Shown piece by piece: positions 34,971-44,779 of a DNA stretch of 47,856 nt. The stretch spans positions 1 through 47,856 of the forward strand of contig SOJU01000281.1 in assembly GCA_004376465.1 (NCBI GenBank). Direction: 5' to 3'. Made by a program: the position numbers and the translations under genes. Numbering within the stretch: position 1 is the first letter of the stretch; each line of letters begins with the position of its first letter. Origin of the DNA: Anaerolineales bacterium (GTDB lineage: Bacteria; Chloroflexota; Anaerolineae; Anaerolineales; E44-bin32). The notes under the pieces were generated by a model that made no database searches, was not told the DNA's origin, and was given only the letters and a program-made list of their open reading frames with translations.

Positions 34971-37112
34971 CTATGTGGATTGCACAGGCTGCGTATCTTC
35001 CTGGCTTTGATTGTTCTCCGCTGGTGATTTAGGGTACTGGATTCGCGGGTGATAGATGTTTGTAAGTGTCTTAACAAAGGATCGCCGAATGGTAGCTAGA
35101 TCCCGTAAAGTGAGATCCGTCTTATCGAGTTGTTTTTTTTCCATGCGGTCGCTGATTATCCACTGTACGATCTCATTGATCTCTTCTTCACTTTGGGGTT
35201 TCTTGGCCCGAACGGCAGCTTCCGCGCCATCGGCGAGCATAAGCAACGCTGTCCCTCGAGAACGTGGAACAGGTCCTTTGTAGGTGTAGTCTCGCTTATC
35301 CACTTTTTCAGTATCTCCGCCGATAGCTTCGAGTGCTTCGCGATACTGGAAGGAAACTTTCAGCGTTCCGTGATGTTCAGCGATGAAGGCTTGGATGCTC
35401 TGTGGGATACGATGTTTGCGCGCTAGAGACAAGCCTTCGGGGACGTGGGAAAGGATGATGTTAGCGCTTGTTTTCGGGTCTAACTGCTCGTGGATGTTCT
35501 GTCCGGGCACTTGATTCTCAATGAAGAATTGTGGATGAAGGGATTTCCCTACGTCATGATATTGAGCGCCAACCCGGGTGAGCAGGGCGTTCACGCCAAT
35601 CTCGCGCGCGGCTTGTTCCGCCAGGTTTGCTACTTGAAGGCTATGTTGGTAGGTGCCAGGGGCATCGCGCAGGACTTGTTGTAGGAGAGGATGGTCCGGT
35701 CTAGAGAGTTCAAGCAGCTGCAGATTCGTTGTTATGCCTAAAAGATTGCCAATGATGAGGAGTAAACCAAAGCCGAGGCTGGCAGAAAGTAAGCCACTGA
35801 CGAGCGAAGCCACTAAGATGGTTGTCTTGCCAAAGATGTCCATGGCGGGATCTGGCAGGCGGAAGATAACAATTACAAGGGCAGAACCCGTCGCGGCAGC
35901 AATCCCGGCGGTGGTGAACGAACTCAATCGTTCGGCTCTCTTTATCATCAACGAGGCCAGGATTCCACTAATGATGGCATAAAGTGCGAGTTCGAGACCA
36001 CGGGGCGCCAGGAAACCTGCTACGATCCCGATGAGGAGTGAGGTCATCACCCCCAGGCTGGGGCTAAAAAAGACTGTCACCAGAATAGGTAGAGCGGCAT
36101 ACGGGAAGATATAGGGAAACACGGTTCGACCGGGTATCAGGGCCTGCATGCTAAGGGTGATGATAATGAAGAGCAGGCTAAGCGTAAAGGCGAGATTAGC
36201 CTTGGTTATTTCCTTGGGATGTATGCGGTAGGCGAAGATCGTGAAAATACCGATTAGAAGGATGACCAATAGAGACCGAATAGCGATCTCAAGCCAAGGG
36301 TTGGGGGGCTTGAGAAGGTCATACTCTATCAGTGTTTCAATTTCAAGCGCTCCGACGACTTCTCCCCGGCTGACGATCGTCTCCCCTTCTACATAGGTTT
36401 TAATAACCGGCTCGACGGATTCTCTAGCCTCAGTTCGGGCAGCTTCCGTGGCATCAACGTTAAGAATTGCGTTATGTGTAACGAAAGCGGGGGCGAGCGC
36501 CTCGACGATCGTTGCCTGATTTTCTGGTAGGGAAATGCTCACTAATGCCGGCATGGTTCTTCTTGCTTCCTCAATACGACCCTCGCGAATTTCGTTCCGC
36601 ATGACTTGCTCAACGACGGTGAGCGTTTCAGATTTTACGGTTTGCCAGTGCAAGTCTGACAACTCTAAGATTGAAAGCGAAGTGCCGGTATCCAGGCGGA
36701 TATCGGACATTGAGCTCAAGTCGGATAGCTTCTCCTCATTTGTGGAGTAAGGATCGCTGCGGACCGAATCAATGAATGTAAGCGTAGCCTGAAGCCGTTC
36801 TAACTGCCGCCTCGTGATATTTGTGTCCGGCTGGTCATACACTTGTGCCACGCTCTCGCTGGCAGCAGATCGTTCTCGTTCTGTTAAGACATCGCTGACA
36901 TATGACAAATCATAGAGAGCATGAATATCTTGGGGGGCGACGTCGCTTACCTGCAAGCCGTATGTCTGAGCGCTGTTATTAACGGGAATAGAGAGAGCAG
37001 CGATCGTTCCAATGATTACAAAAAGTAGAATGAACCAAAGACGGGCTGCCTCTAAAGCATTCCGTAAGCGTTCTAGCGTGGTCAGGTCTGTGCGTGCAGT
37101 ATCGTCCATCAA
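34971..37112 (-). CDS. 7TM-HD phosphohydrolase (PgpH-like, probable c-di-AMP phosphodiesterase)
   Basis: Extracellular domain, 7TM region, APGTYQHS, YHDVGK, FIENQ, HHGT, LMLAD; upstream of ybeY. Confidence 0.9.
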   Translation of the reverse strand: MMDDTARTDLTTLERLRNALEAARLWFILLFVIIGTIAALSIPVNNSAQTYGLQVSDVAPQDIHALYDLSYVSDVLTERERSAASESVAQVYDQPDTNITRRQLERLQATLTFIDSVRSDPYSTNEEKLSDLSSMSDIRLDTGTSLSILELSDLHWQTVKSETLTVVEQVMRNEIREGRIEEARRTMPALVSISLPENQATIVEALAPAFVTHNAILNVDATEAARTEARESVEPVIKTYVEGETIVSRGEVVGALEIETLIEYDLLKPPNPWLEIAIRSLLVILLIGIFTIFAYRIHPKEITKANLAFTLSLLFIIITLSMQALIPGRTVFPYIFPYAALPILVTVFFSPSLGVMTSLLIGIVAGFLAPRGLELALYAIISGILASLMIKRAERLSSFTTAGIAAATGSALVIVIFRLPDPAMDIFGKTTILVASLVSGLLSASLGFGLLLIIGNLLGITTNLQLLELSRPDHPLLQQVLRDAPGTYQHSLQVANLAEQAAREIGVNALLTRVGAQYHDVGKSLHPQFFIENQVPGQNIHEQLDPKTSANIILSHVPEGLSLARKHRIPQSIQAFIAEHHGTLKVSFQYREALEAIGGDTEKVDKRDYTYKGPVPRSRGTALLMLADGAEAAVRAKKPQSEEEINEIVQWIISDRMEKKQLDKTDLTLRDLATIRRSFVKTLTNIYHPRIQYPKSPAENNQSQEDTQPVQST

Positions 37113-37567
37113 TCCTTCTGTGGGGGAGCGAGAAGCTCACGGACGAGGTCGCTGGCTATTTTTCCATCAGCCCGTCCTTGAATCTGAGGCATAAGGACTT
37201 TCATGACTTTGCCCATATCCTGAGGATCGGACGCGCCAACTTCCTCGATTGCTCGTTGAACGATCTCTCTGAGCTCATCGTCCCCGAGAGGTTGGGGAAG
37301 ATAAACCTGTAGAACTTCGATCTCTGCAAGCGTGGAGGCGAGGAGATCATCTCGCCCTGCTTGCTTGGCTTCTTCAATGGTCTCCTGACGGGATTTCACT
37401 TCCCGTTGGATGATTCCCAGGATGGTCGCTTCATCGAGATCGTCTTGACGTTCGATCTCGACGAGTTTAATAGCGGAAAGGACCATGCGCAAAGATCTTT
37501 TCCGTACATCATCTTTGGAGCGCATCGCTTCTTTGAGGTCTGCCTCGAGTGTCTCTTTGTTAATCAT
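37109..37567 (-). CDS. yqeY: GatB/YqeY domain protein
   Basis: DLKEAMRSKD, YLPQPL, DMGKVMK, GRADGK; start set to ATG 37567. Confidence 0.93.
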   Translation of the reverse strand: MINKETLEADLKEAMRSKDDVRKRSLRMVLSAIKLVEIERQDDLDEATILGIIQREVKSRQETIEEAKQAGRDDLLASTLAEIEVLQVYLPQPLGDDELREIVQRAIEEVGASDPQDMGKVMKVLMPQIQGRADGKIASDLVRELLAPPQKD

Positions 37568-37573
37568 GCGTCC

Positions 37574-37603
37574 ATTATACCTATGGTTTTTCATCATTGT
37601 GAA
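37574..37603 (-). promoter_or_regulatory. Promoter of yqeY, probably leaderless
   Basis: TTCACA-N18-TATAAT-N6-ATG, no SD. Confidence 0.55.
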
Positions 37604-37850
37604 GGCTTGTGCGGGTTTCTTATTTATTTGCGCATAGCCATATATGGGTTTCTTTGGATTACAGAGCGCTGTTTTACAGGCTCGTATACAGCTGATAATC
37701 GCGAAGTTGACGCATTGATGTTTAAGAAGACGGTATCATGAAATGGTCTAGCCATAATATTCAGAAAGAGCGTGAACGCCGCGGGAAAAATGGAGGTTAA
37801 TCTAAGCAAAAAAAATCCAGTCAAATTGGAAATCTTCCGCGGAAGACTAT

Positions 37851-39140
37851 TCACGCGCTGCGGTTCGCGATGATTCGCCCCTGCAAATCTCCTTTTGCAG
37901 GACGGATGATTTCCACATCTGAGATCTGATTCCAGCGGTCTTCGTCGTCGCTCGCTTTTATCCGCAGGTAATTTCCTGTCAATCCAGAAAGCTGCCAGCC
38001 AGCCTCTCCGAGGTCCGTGGTGCTCTCCCAGAGAACGGGCAAGATTTGCCCGATAAATAAGTGGCGATAACACTCTGCAGATCGTGTGAATGCCGCTCTC
38101 ATAACCGCACTGCGTTCACGGCGTACAGAACTTGGGACGACATGATCGAAACTGTAAGCTGGAGTGCCCTCACGTTCGGAGTAAGTGAACACATGACCGC
38201 CAGCAAAATTCATCGCCTCAACAAAGGCAAGACTATCATCGAACTCCTCTTCTGTTTCACCAGGGAAACCGACGATGATATCCGTTGTGATCGCAACATC
38301 TGGGATCGCTTCCCGGGCTGCCGTGATCAGTTTCGAGTAATCATCCTGCGATGTTTTCCTTGCCATGCGGCGAAGTGTGGCATCCGAACCGGATTGCAGA
38401 GGAAGATGCAGGTGACGGCAAAGCCTGGTATCTTGCCAGAGTGAGAAGAAGTTGGCATCTAGGTTCCAGGGCTCAAGAGAGGACAGCCGAAAGCGTGGAA
38501 TGTCCGTCTTTTTTAATATGAGCTGGATCAGGTCTCGTAAACTATTGCCTTGGCCCAGGTCTTTTCCCCAGGATCCAAGATGAACGCCGCAGAGCACAAT
38601 CTCTTGGCTCCCTCCTCGGAGAGCGGCGTGGACCTCCCTTAATACCGTTGCTGTTGGGATGCTTAATGCCGAGCCGCGCGCCACAGTCGTAACGCAGAAT
38701 GCACAACGATTATTACAGCCATCCTGGACCTTAATGAACGCCCTCGTTCGCATTCTCGATCCGGGAAGTGGTTCGCGTTGAAGCGGCTCCCGATTAAATA
38801 GCTCGGGCGGTTGGCTAAGGATGTCTGCGACCAGACGGCTCTTGTCATCGTTTTTCACAACGCGTGTGACTTTTGGAAGCTCGAGGGCGCTATGTTCTTC
38901 CAGTGTAGCCCAGCACCCTGTGAGGATGATTTGATCGACTCCTGCTCTCGCAGCCTGACGTGTTTTCTGTCTTGAATCCGCGTCCGCTCGCCGAGTAACA
39001 GTACAGGTATTGATCACCGCCAGATCGGCCTGAGCCGGATCGCCAACGAGTTCACACCCTGCCAGCCGGAAATCGCGGCCGATGCGCTCTATCTCACTTT
39101 GATTTAGACGGCAGCCAATGCTGTCGAGAAACACTTTCAT
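37851..39140 (-). CDS. mtaB: tRNA t6A37 methylthiotransferase MtaB (radical SAM)
   Basis: GCRLNQSE, NTCTVT, KVQDGCNNRCAFC, RLSSLEP, HLPLQSGSD, DIIVGFPGETEE. Confidence 0.92.
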   Translation of the reverse strand: MKVFLDSIGCRLNQSEIERIGRDFRLAGCELVGDPAQADLAVINTCTVTRRADADSRQKTRQAARAGVDQIILTGCWATLEEHSALELPKVTRVVKNDDKSRLVADILSQPPELFNREPLQREPLPGSRMRTRAFIKVQDGCNNRCAFCVTTVARGSALSIPTATVLREVHAALRGGSQEIVLCGVHLGSWGKDLGQGNSLRDLIQLILKKTDIPRFRLSSLEPWNLDANFFSLWQDTRLCRHLHLPLQSGSDATLRRMARKTSQDDYSKLITAAREAIPDVAITTDIIVGFPGETEEEFDDSLAFVEAMNFAGGHVFTYSEREGTPAYSFDHVVPSSVRRERSAVMRAAFTRSAECYRHLFIGQILPVLWESTTDLGEAGWQLSGLTGNYLRIKASDDEDRWNQISDVEIIRPAKGDLQGRIIANRSA

Positions 39141-39158
39141 GGATGGTTTTAAGCAACC

Positions 39159-39800
39159 TCAGGGTTGTACAGTAGAGAAATTATCAAAACGAATCTCGAC
39201 GCCGGGGTCTGCGTACGTGCCGGCGATCAACCCCACGTCGCCCGAGCGTATATCTTCAACGATGGCCTCAGCCACACGTGAGTTGTTCACATATAAGATC
39301 AGGCGATCCCCGACACACTCTGCCTGGATGAAAATCCCCTCATCCCCCTTATGTACGGCATCTGTCGGGAGTAGGGATTCATCGCTTAAGAGTGTTTTCT
39401 CGCCATCTACATAGTGCCCGATGCCGGCGAAACCATCGCTTGAAATGAGGAAGAAGATGAAATTGCTCGGATTCTCATATCTACAGATCACGCCGAAGGC
39501 ATTATCTTCCGGTCCCTTAACTCTTTCGGCCTCGACGCTTATCCAAACATCTTGGAAAGATAACTTGGGCAGGCTCCAGGCGACGGTTTTCGGAGCAAAA
39601 ATCTCAATGTGATATTGGCCATCCTGGTAATCTGCTCGATAGACATCATCCTGGTACCGGTCCCAGCCGCTTGAAGTACGAGAGAAGTCGTCTTGGAATA
39701 GAACTTCGCCCGGACCAGCTGGAGGATACAGCCAATTGCATCCTCCAAGGAAGATTGAGAAAACCGCGATCAGGCTCGCGGTGACGGAGATTCTTCGCAT
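39159..39800 (-). CDS. Predicted lipoprotein with lectin-like beta-sandwich domain
   Basis: Lipobox LGGC; LFQDDFS...GW, FGVICR, GDVGL, FDNF pattern; start uncertain (39800-39830). Confidence 0.7.
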   Translation of the reverse strand: MRRISVTASLIAVFSIFLGGCNWLYPPAGPGEVLFQDDFSRTSSGWDRYQDDVYRADYQDGQYHIEIFAPKTVAWSLPKLSFQDVWISVEAERVKGPEDNAFGVICRYENPSNFIFFLISSDGFAGIGHYVDGEKTLLSDESLLPTDAVHKGDEGIFIQAECVGDRLILYVNNSRVAEAIVEDIRSGDVGLIAGTYADPGVEIRFDNFSTVQP

Positions 39801-39867
39801 TATTATCACGTTTCTTTCACCTAGGCGCATTCTAGCACAGCCTATTCAATTGCAACGAGCGACAATT

Positions 39868-41298
39868 TTAACGAACAGCCAATTCAAGCCAGCGTTTTGC
39901 GAGAACTTGATAAGGGCCAGGTGTGTTCAGAGAGGAGGCAAGTTGCATGGCAGCCCATGCCCCATTTCGGTTCCCCTGGGCGTCGAATAACAAACCCAGA
40001 TAGTACTGAGTCTGTGCGTTAGATGGATCCAATGTAATGGCTCGCCAGAGAAGGCGTTCTGCCAGAATGTGGTTGCCGAGCAGAAAATGGGTGTAGGCCA
40101 GTTCGACAAGAGGGGCTGTTTCTCTTGTGCTTAATGCAACTGCATTTCGAGCCGCAGGAAGCGCAAGAGTTTGGATATCTACATCATATTGATTGGAGAA
40201 TCTCGCCAGCAAGAGCCAGAAGGCGGGATTTTTTGGATCGAGGTCCGCGGCCTGGCGGTAGGCAGCGGATGCAGCCACTAAATCTCCAAGCCCAATATAT
40301 ACCTCACCTAATTGTGCAGCAATGGCCGGGTTGAGCGGGTCGAGTTGAGCAGCAATGGTCAAGGCATCTCTCGCCTGTTCCTCCTCACCTACATTGAGCC
40401 AATGAAGGGCTAGAAAGACATGCGGTAGGGATTGGTCAGGCAGTGCGTCGGTAGCGGCAAGCAGATCATCCAACCCGTTCTGCCCTATTTGGTCTTTTGA
40501 TAAACCCAGATAGGCACGAGCCTCATGGATATCGGGGTTAATTTCCAGCAATCTTTCGAGAGAGAACATCGCCAATTTCCACCTGCCGTGTCGGGCGAAG
40601 ATTTGCCCCACTTGTGCCAGAGTGTAAGTAGGAGTCGGTTCGTCGTCAGAACTCTCGATTGCCAGAATGAGATCGATTGCAAGCGGAGGTGTTCGATCTG
40701 CTCTTTTAGCGAGCGCATGAAGTAGAGGCAGAGAATCCACGGGCGCCAAAGCCGCTTTCGCATACGCGTAAGCCTCCTCCGTCTCAGGATTGAGCGATGT
40801 CGTCTTGGCCAGCACCTCAAAGATCGTAAGTGCCTCGTCGAGATCGTTGGAAGCAAGGCGTTCTAATGCAAGGTGCTCGATATCCGAGATCGATTCCGGG
40901 CAATCTATGATCAGGCCTTGCCAGGCGTTGTCTAACCCAGCAGTCTCTCCGGCGCGGATGTTTACTCTTTGACGGAGGCAATAGGCTTCCTGGCTCTGCA
41001 AGTTGTGGGCTTCTAGCGCGTCTAAATGAGCGCTGGCTGTACCCAAATCATCGATATCTAAAGCCAGCTCGGCAACTTTCAGGTGCAATCCCGCAAGTGC
41101 TTTCTCAAACTTCATCGCATATTCGAGCTGCTCGATGGCGATCTCGAGATTCCCAGCCTTAAGGTTTGCCTGTGCAGTTTGCAGGGGATGGAGTAAGGGT
41201 TGCGCTATCGGTGATGGCGAGAGCACAAGGAGAAGAAGGATCGTGATGGTCAGCGCTTGCCAATGCCGGCGGATTTTTTCAAGCATGATTAATCCCAT
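39868..41298 (-). CDS. Tetratricopeptide repeat protein with N-terminal hydrophobic anchor
   Basis: Repeated A..LDP.N..a...LG helical motifs; start uncertain by a few codons. Confidence 0.85.
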   Translation of the reverse strand: MGLIMLEKIRRHWQALTITILLLLVLSPSPIAQPLLHPLQTAQANLKAGNLEIAIEQLEYAMKFEKALAGLHLKVAELALDIDDLGTASAHLDALEAHNLQSQEAYCLRQRVNIRAGETAGLDNAWQGLIIDCPESISDIEHLALERLASNDLDEALTIFEVLAKTTSLNPETEEAYAYAKAALAPVDSLPLLHALAKRADRTPPLAIDLILAIESSDDEPTPTYTLAQVGQIFARHGRWKLAMFSLERLLEINPDIHEARAYLGLSKDQIGQNGLDDLLAATDALPDQSLPHVFLALHWLNVGEEEQARDALTIAAQLDPLNPAIAAQLGEVYIGLGDLVAASAAYRQAADLDPKNPAFWLLLARFSNQYDVDIQTLALPAARNAVALSTRETAPLVELAYTHFLLGNHILAERLLWRAITLDPSNAQTQYYLGLLFDAQGNRNGAWAAMQLASSLNTPGPYQVLAKRWLELAVR

Positions 41299-41454
41299 TG
41301 TATTACGGGTGAATTATAGACCGAGATAAGGAGAGCGGATATTTCTTCCGTTTACCGTTAAGGGTTGAAACAAATGAAGTGAGGCCTAAATGGGATGAAC
41401 CTCCCGCTGTGGTGTGATAATGGGCACTAAAACGCTGCGAATCCACCAGATAGG

Positions 41455-41483
41455 TTGTCTCGCCCAGTTTGAGCGTCTATAAT
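41455..41483 (+). promoter_or_regulatory. Promoter of the acyl-CoA dehydrogenase-etfBA unit
   Basis: TTGTCT-N17-TATAAT, SD GGAGGT downstream. Confidence 0.7.
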
Positions 41484-41512
41484 CGAGACACGTTTTTCCG
41501 GAGGTAGTGTGG

Positions 41513-42721
41513 ATGGATTTTCGTCTCACGACGGAACATGAGATGGTACAGAAAATGGTGCGCGATTTCGCCCGTAAGGAGGTCGCGCCCACCATTAAAG
41601 AAGCCGACCGGAAACAAGAAATGACCGCTCACGTCCTGCCCAGGATGGGGGAGTTGGGCATCCTTGGCATATGCATCCCGGTGCGCTACGGTGGGCAAGG
41701 GATGGACTATATATCATTGGGTTTGGCAAGCGAAGAACTTGAAGTGATTGATACCACTTTGCGAGTGGTGATGTCTGTTCACAATGGTTTAGCTAGTATG
41801 ACTCTCTTCCAGTGGGGTACTGAGGAACAAAAAGAGAAGTATCTTGCCCCCCTAGCACGTGGGGAGAAGATTGGCTGTGGGGCGTTCTCAGAGCCCGGCG
41901 CTGGTTCGGATTTTGCGAATATACTGATGACGGGCAAGCGGGATGGAGATGAGTACATCCTGAACGGCGAGAAGATGTGGATCTCACTCGCAACCAAAGC
42001 GGATTTTGCAGTCGTAACGGTTCGAACAAAGTCTGATGTAGCGAAACCCAGCGAGGGGCTTACTGCATATATTGTTGAGCTGGATCGACCTGGGGTTTCA
42101 CGCGGGGATATCCATGGGAAGCTAGGCGTGCGTGCTGGGTCAACAGGATGGATTTCATTTCAGGATGTGCGTGTGCCGCTTGAGAATCGAATTGGGGAAG
42201 AGGGCGAGGGATTCAAAGTCACGATGACAGCTTTCGACCATGGTCGGTACACGGTTGCCGCAGGCGCGACAGGATTAATTCGTGCATCCCTCGAAGCCAG
42301 TGTGGCGTACGCAAAAGAGCGAAGCTCCTTTGGAAAACCAATCGCTCGCCATCAACTCATCCAGGAGAAGATCGCACGCATGGCGCGCGATTATGAAATC
42401 GCGCGTTTACTTTATTTGAGAGCCGGTTGGATGAAGAACGAGGGAGTGCGCAATACCTTTGAGACCTCCATCGCAAAACACTTCGCAACGGATGCATCTT
42501 TTCATGCCGCATCTGAAGCCATTCAGATCCATGGGGCATATGGATTCAGTGATGAATACGATGTGGAGCGATTCATGCGCAATGCGCGCGGGGCTATGAT
42601 TTATGAGGGCAGCAGCGAAATCCAGTCTTTAATCCAGGCAGATTACGCGTTGGGGTATCGCAAAGATAAAGCAGTCCGATGTGAGCTTCCGGCGTATGAC
42701 TCGCAAGCGTGGCAGTCATAG
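41513..42721 (+). CDS. Acyl-CoA dehydrogenase
   Basis: AFSEPGAGSD, LNGEKMWIS, KLGVRA, IQIHGAYG, IYEGSSEI. Confidence 0.95.
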   Translation: MDFRLTTEHEMVQKMVRDFARKEVAPTIKEADRKQEMTAHVLPRMGELGILGICIPVRYGGQGMDYISLGLASEELEVIDTTLRVVMSVHNGLASMTLFQWGTEEQKEKYLAPLARGEKIGCGAFSEPGAGSDFANILMTGKRDGDEYILNGEKMWISLATKADFAVVTVRTKSDVAKPSEGLTAYIVELDRPGVSRGDIHGKLGVRAGSTGWISFQDVRVPLENRIGEEGEGFKVTMTAFDHGRYTVAAGATGLIRASLEASVAYAKERSSFGKPIARHQLIQEKIARMARDYEIARLLYLRAGWMKNEGVRNTFETSIAKHFATDASFHAASEAIQIHGAYGFSDEYDVERFMRNARGAMIYEGSSEIQSLIQADYALGYRKDKAVRCELPAYDSQAWQS

Positions 42722-42787
42722 GCAATCGACAAGCTCCTGTTAAGACGTGAGATCGTGGAAAAACATTTCTAAGATAAGGAGGAACCC

Positions 42788-43570
42788 TTGAATATCGTTG
42801 TCTGTGTAAAACAAACTCCCGATACAGCCGCAACGGTCACCGTTGAAGACGGGAAAATATCCTGGGGGGATGCACCCTTGGTGTTAAATCCCTGGGATGA
42901 ATTTGCCGTCGAAGAGGCTCTGCGCTTGAAGGAAGCGCATGGTGGTGAAGTTACGGCGATCAGCCTTGGCCCTGAAGATGCCAAGGAAGCTCTTAAACAA
43001 TCGCTGGCGATGGGATGTGAGAACGCAATCCTTGTGAGCGACCCTTCATTTGCCGGCCTCGATTCACTGCAAGTCTCCAAAGTACTTGCAGCGGCAATTG
43101 AGAAAGTCGGCGAGGTGGACCTCGTCTTCTTCGGCAGATCCTCGGTAGATACCGATTCGGGCATAACCGGTTCGCAAGTCGCACGTCGATTGGGCTGGCC
43201 AGCGTTATCGCTCGTTGCGGTGATTAATTCCCTGGATCCTGAAAGCAAACGATTAGAAGTCGAGCGGATGTTGGATGAAACCCGGCAGCAGGTCGCGGCT
43301 TCATTCCCCGCCGTAATCTCCGTCGTTAAGGAGATCAATGAACCCCGATATCCATCCTTCATGGGGATTCGTAAAGCATCGAAAGCGGAGATTCCGATCT
43401 GGTCCGCAGCAGAGTTAGGTCTCGAAGGGGACTTGGAGTCGGCACTTACCTGGCCTGATGTTTATGCTATACCGAAAGTCGAGACTGAATGTGAATTCAT
43501 AGAGGGGGAAACCCCTGAGGAGATCGCTGCGAAGCTAGTTGATCGCCTAATAGAAGAGAAGGTGGTCTGA
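42788..43570 (+). CDS. etfB: Electron transfer flavoprotein beta subunit
   Basis: IVVCVKQTPD, NPWDEFAVEEALRLKE, INEPRYPS; TTG start after SD AAGGAGG. Confidence 0.96.
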   Translation: MNIVVCVKQTPDTAATVTVEDGKISWGDAPLVLNPWDEFAVEEALRLKEAHGGEVTAISLGPEDAKEALKQSLAMGCENAILVSDPSFAGLDSLQVSKVLAAAIEKVGEVDLVFFGRSSVDTDSGITGSQVARRLGWPALSLVAVINSLDPESKRLEVERMLDETRQQVAASFPAVISVVKEINEPRYPSFMGIRKASKAEIPIWSAAELGLEGDLESALTWPDVYAIPKVETECEFIEGETPEEIAAKLVDRLIEEKVV

Positions 43571-44607
43571 TGACTAATAAAGTTCTCGTTTACGTAGATC
43601 ACTTCAAGGGCGAGGCTTTACCTGCTTCCTGGGAAGCGATTGGGGCAGCCCGAAAGATCGCTGAATCCCTCGGTTCGGGAGTTACGGCGGTCATCATTGG
43701 ACAGGATGTTCAGCCGCTTGCCACACAGGCGATCGAATATGGAGCAGACGACGCAGTTGTTGCAGAGAACCCCGCTCTGGCGGATTTCCGGCCGGAGCCC
43801 TACGCAGATGTGCTCTCAAAAGCAGCTGCTGAGGCGGACGTGCTTCTCCTGCCCACCTCGGGACGGACACGCGAGCTCGCAGCAATGGTCGCTGTAGACC
43901 TCGAGACAGGCATGGCGCCAGATGTGATCGAGATCGAAGTCGATGGCGGATTGGTGCTCGCCACTCGCCCGATTTACGCTGGCAAATTGCTCTCCAAGGT
44001 AGTTATCAAAGAACGCAAGCCGCAGATTCTAACAACGCGAAGCCGTGCATTCCCAAAACCAGAGCCCGATGCAAGCCGCAGCGGGGAGATCACAAACCTC
44101 GAGTTCGAGGTCGGAGATGTTCCCACTGAGGTTCTTGGTTATAAAGAAGCGGCAGGGGGAGTGAGCCTGACGGATGCGGCAGTCATCGTCTCTGGAGGGC
44201 GTGGGGTTTCGAACAATCCCAGCCTGACACCCCCAGACGAGATTACGGATGAAAAGGACCAGGAGATCTGGCGAGCTCAACAAGGTTTCGGGCTCGTAGG
44301 TGATCTTGTTGGTGTGCTCAACGCAGCTATGGGGGCGAGTCGTGCGGCGGTTGATGCGGGCTATATCCCTTATGCCAATCAAGTAGGGCAAACCGGGAAA
44401 GTCGTCTCACCCGATCTGTACATCGCCAACGGGATATCCGGCGCCATTCAACACCTTGCCGGGATGCGTACTTCTAAAACGATCGTTGCCGTCAATAAAG
44501 ACCCTGAAGCGCCGATCTTCAGGTTAGCGCGCTTTGGTGTTGTCGGCGATCTGTTTGATGTTGTCCCTGCGCTCACTGCAGCCTTCAAGGAGCGACTCGG
44601 TAAGTAG
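43570..44607 (+). CDS. etfA: Electron transfer flavoprotein alpha subunit
   Basis: IVSGGRG, GASRAAVDAG, QVGQTGK, GISGAIQHLAGM, NKDPEAPIF. Confidence 0.97.
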   Translation: MTNKVLVYVDHFKGEALPASWEAIGAARKIAESLGSGVTAVIIGQDVQPLATQAIEYGADDAVVAENPALADFRPEPYADVLSKAAAEADVLLLPTSGRTRELAAMVAVDLETGMAPDVIEIEVDGGLVLATRPIYAGKLLSKVVIKERKPQILTTRSRAFPKPEPDASRSGEITNLEFEVGDVPTEVLGYKEAAGGVSLTDAAVIVSGGRGVSNNPSLTPPDEITDEKDQEIWRAQQGFGLVGDLVGVLNAAMGASRAAVDAGYIPYANQVGQTGKVVSPDLYIANGISGAIQHLAGMRTSKTIVAVNKDPEAPIFRLARFGVVGDLFDVVPALTAAFKERLGK

Positions 44608-44636
44608 CGATAGTTGCGAATATGTGAGTGTGACTT

Positions 44637-44665
44637 TGCAGGGGCGCAGCTTATGCGCCCCTGCA
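44637..44665. repeat. GC-rich palindrome after etfA (terminator or REP-like)
   Basis: TGCAGGGGCGCA-GCTTA-TGCGCCCCTGCA, perfect 12-bp stem. Confidence 0.65.
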
Positions 44666-44779
44666 TTTGTTAAGTCCTTGACGGCGCTATCCATTACAGG
44701 CAGTATGAAACTATCTTCGACGTTCCGGCCTTCATTTTCATACAGGTATCTTTGAAGAAATCGTGATCTGTTGAAATCT

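Noticed and set aside
37624-38073. 149-aa minus-strand ORF or hidden rpsU
   Set aside because: Overlaps mtaB out of frame and shows no S21-like sequence
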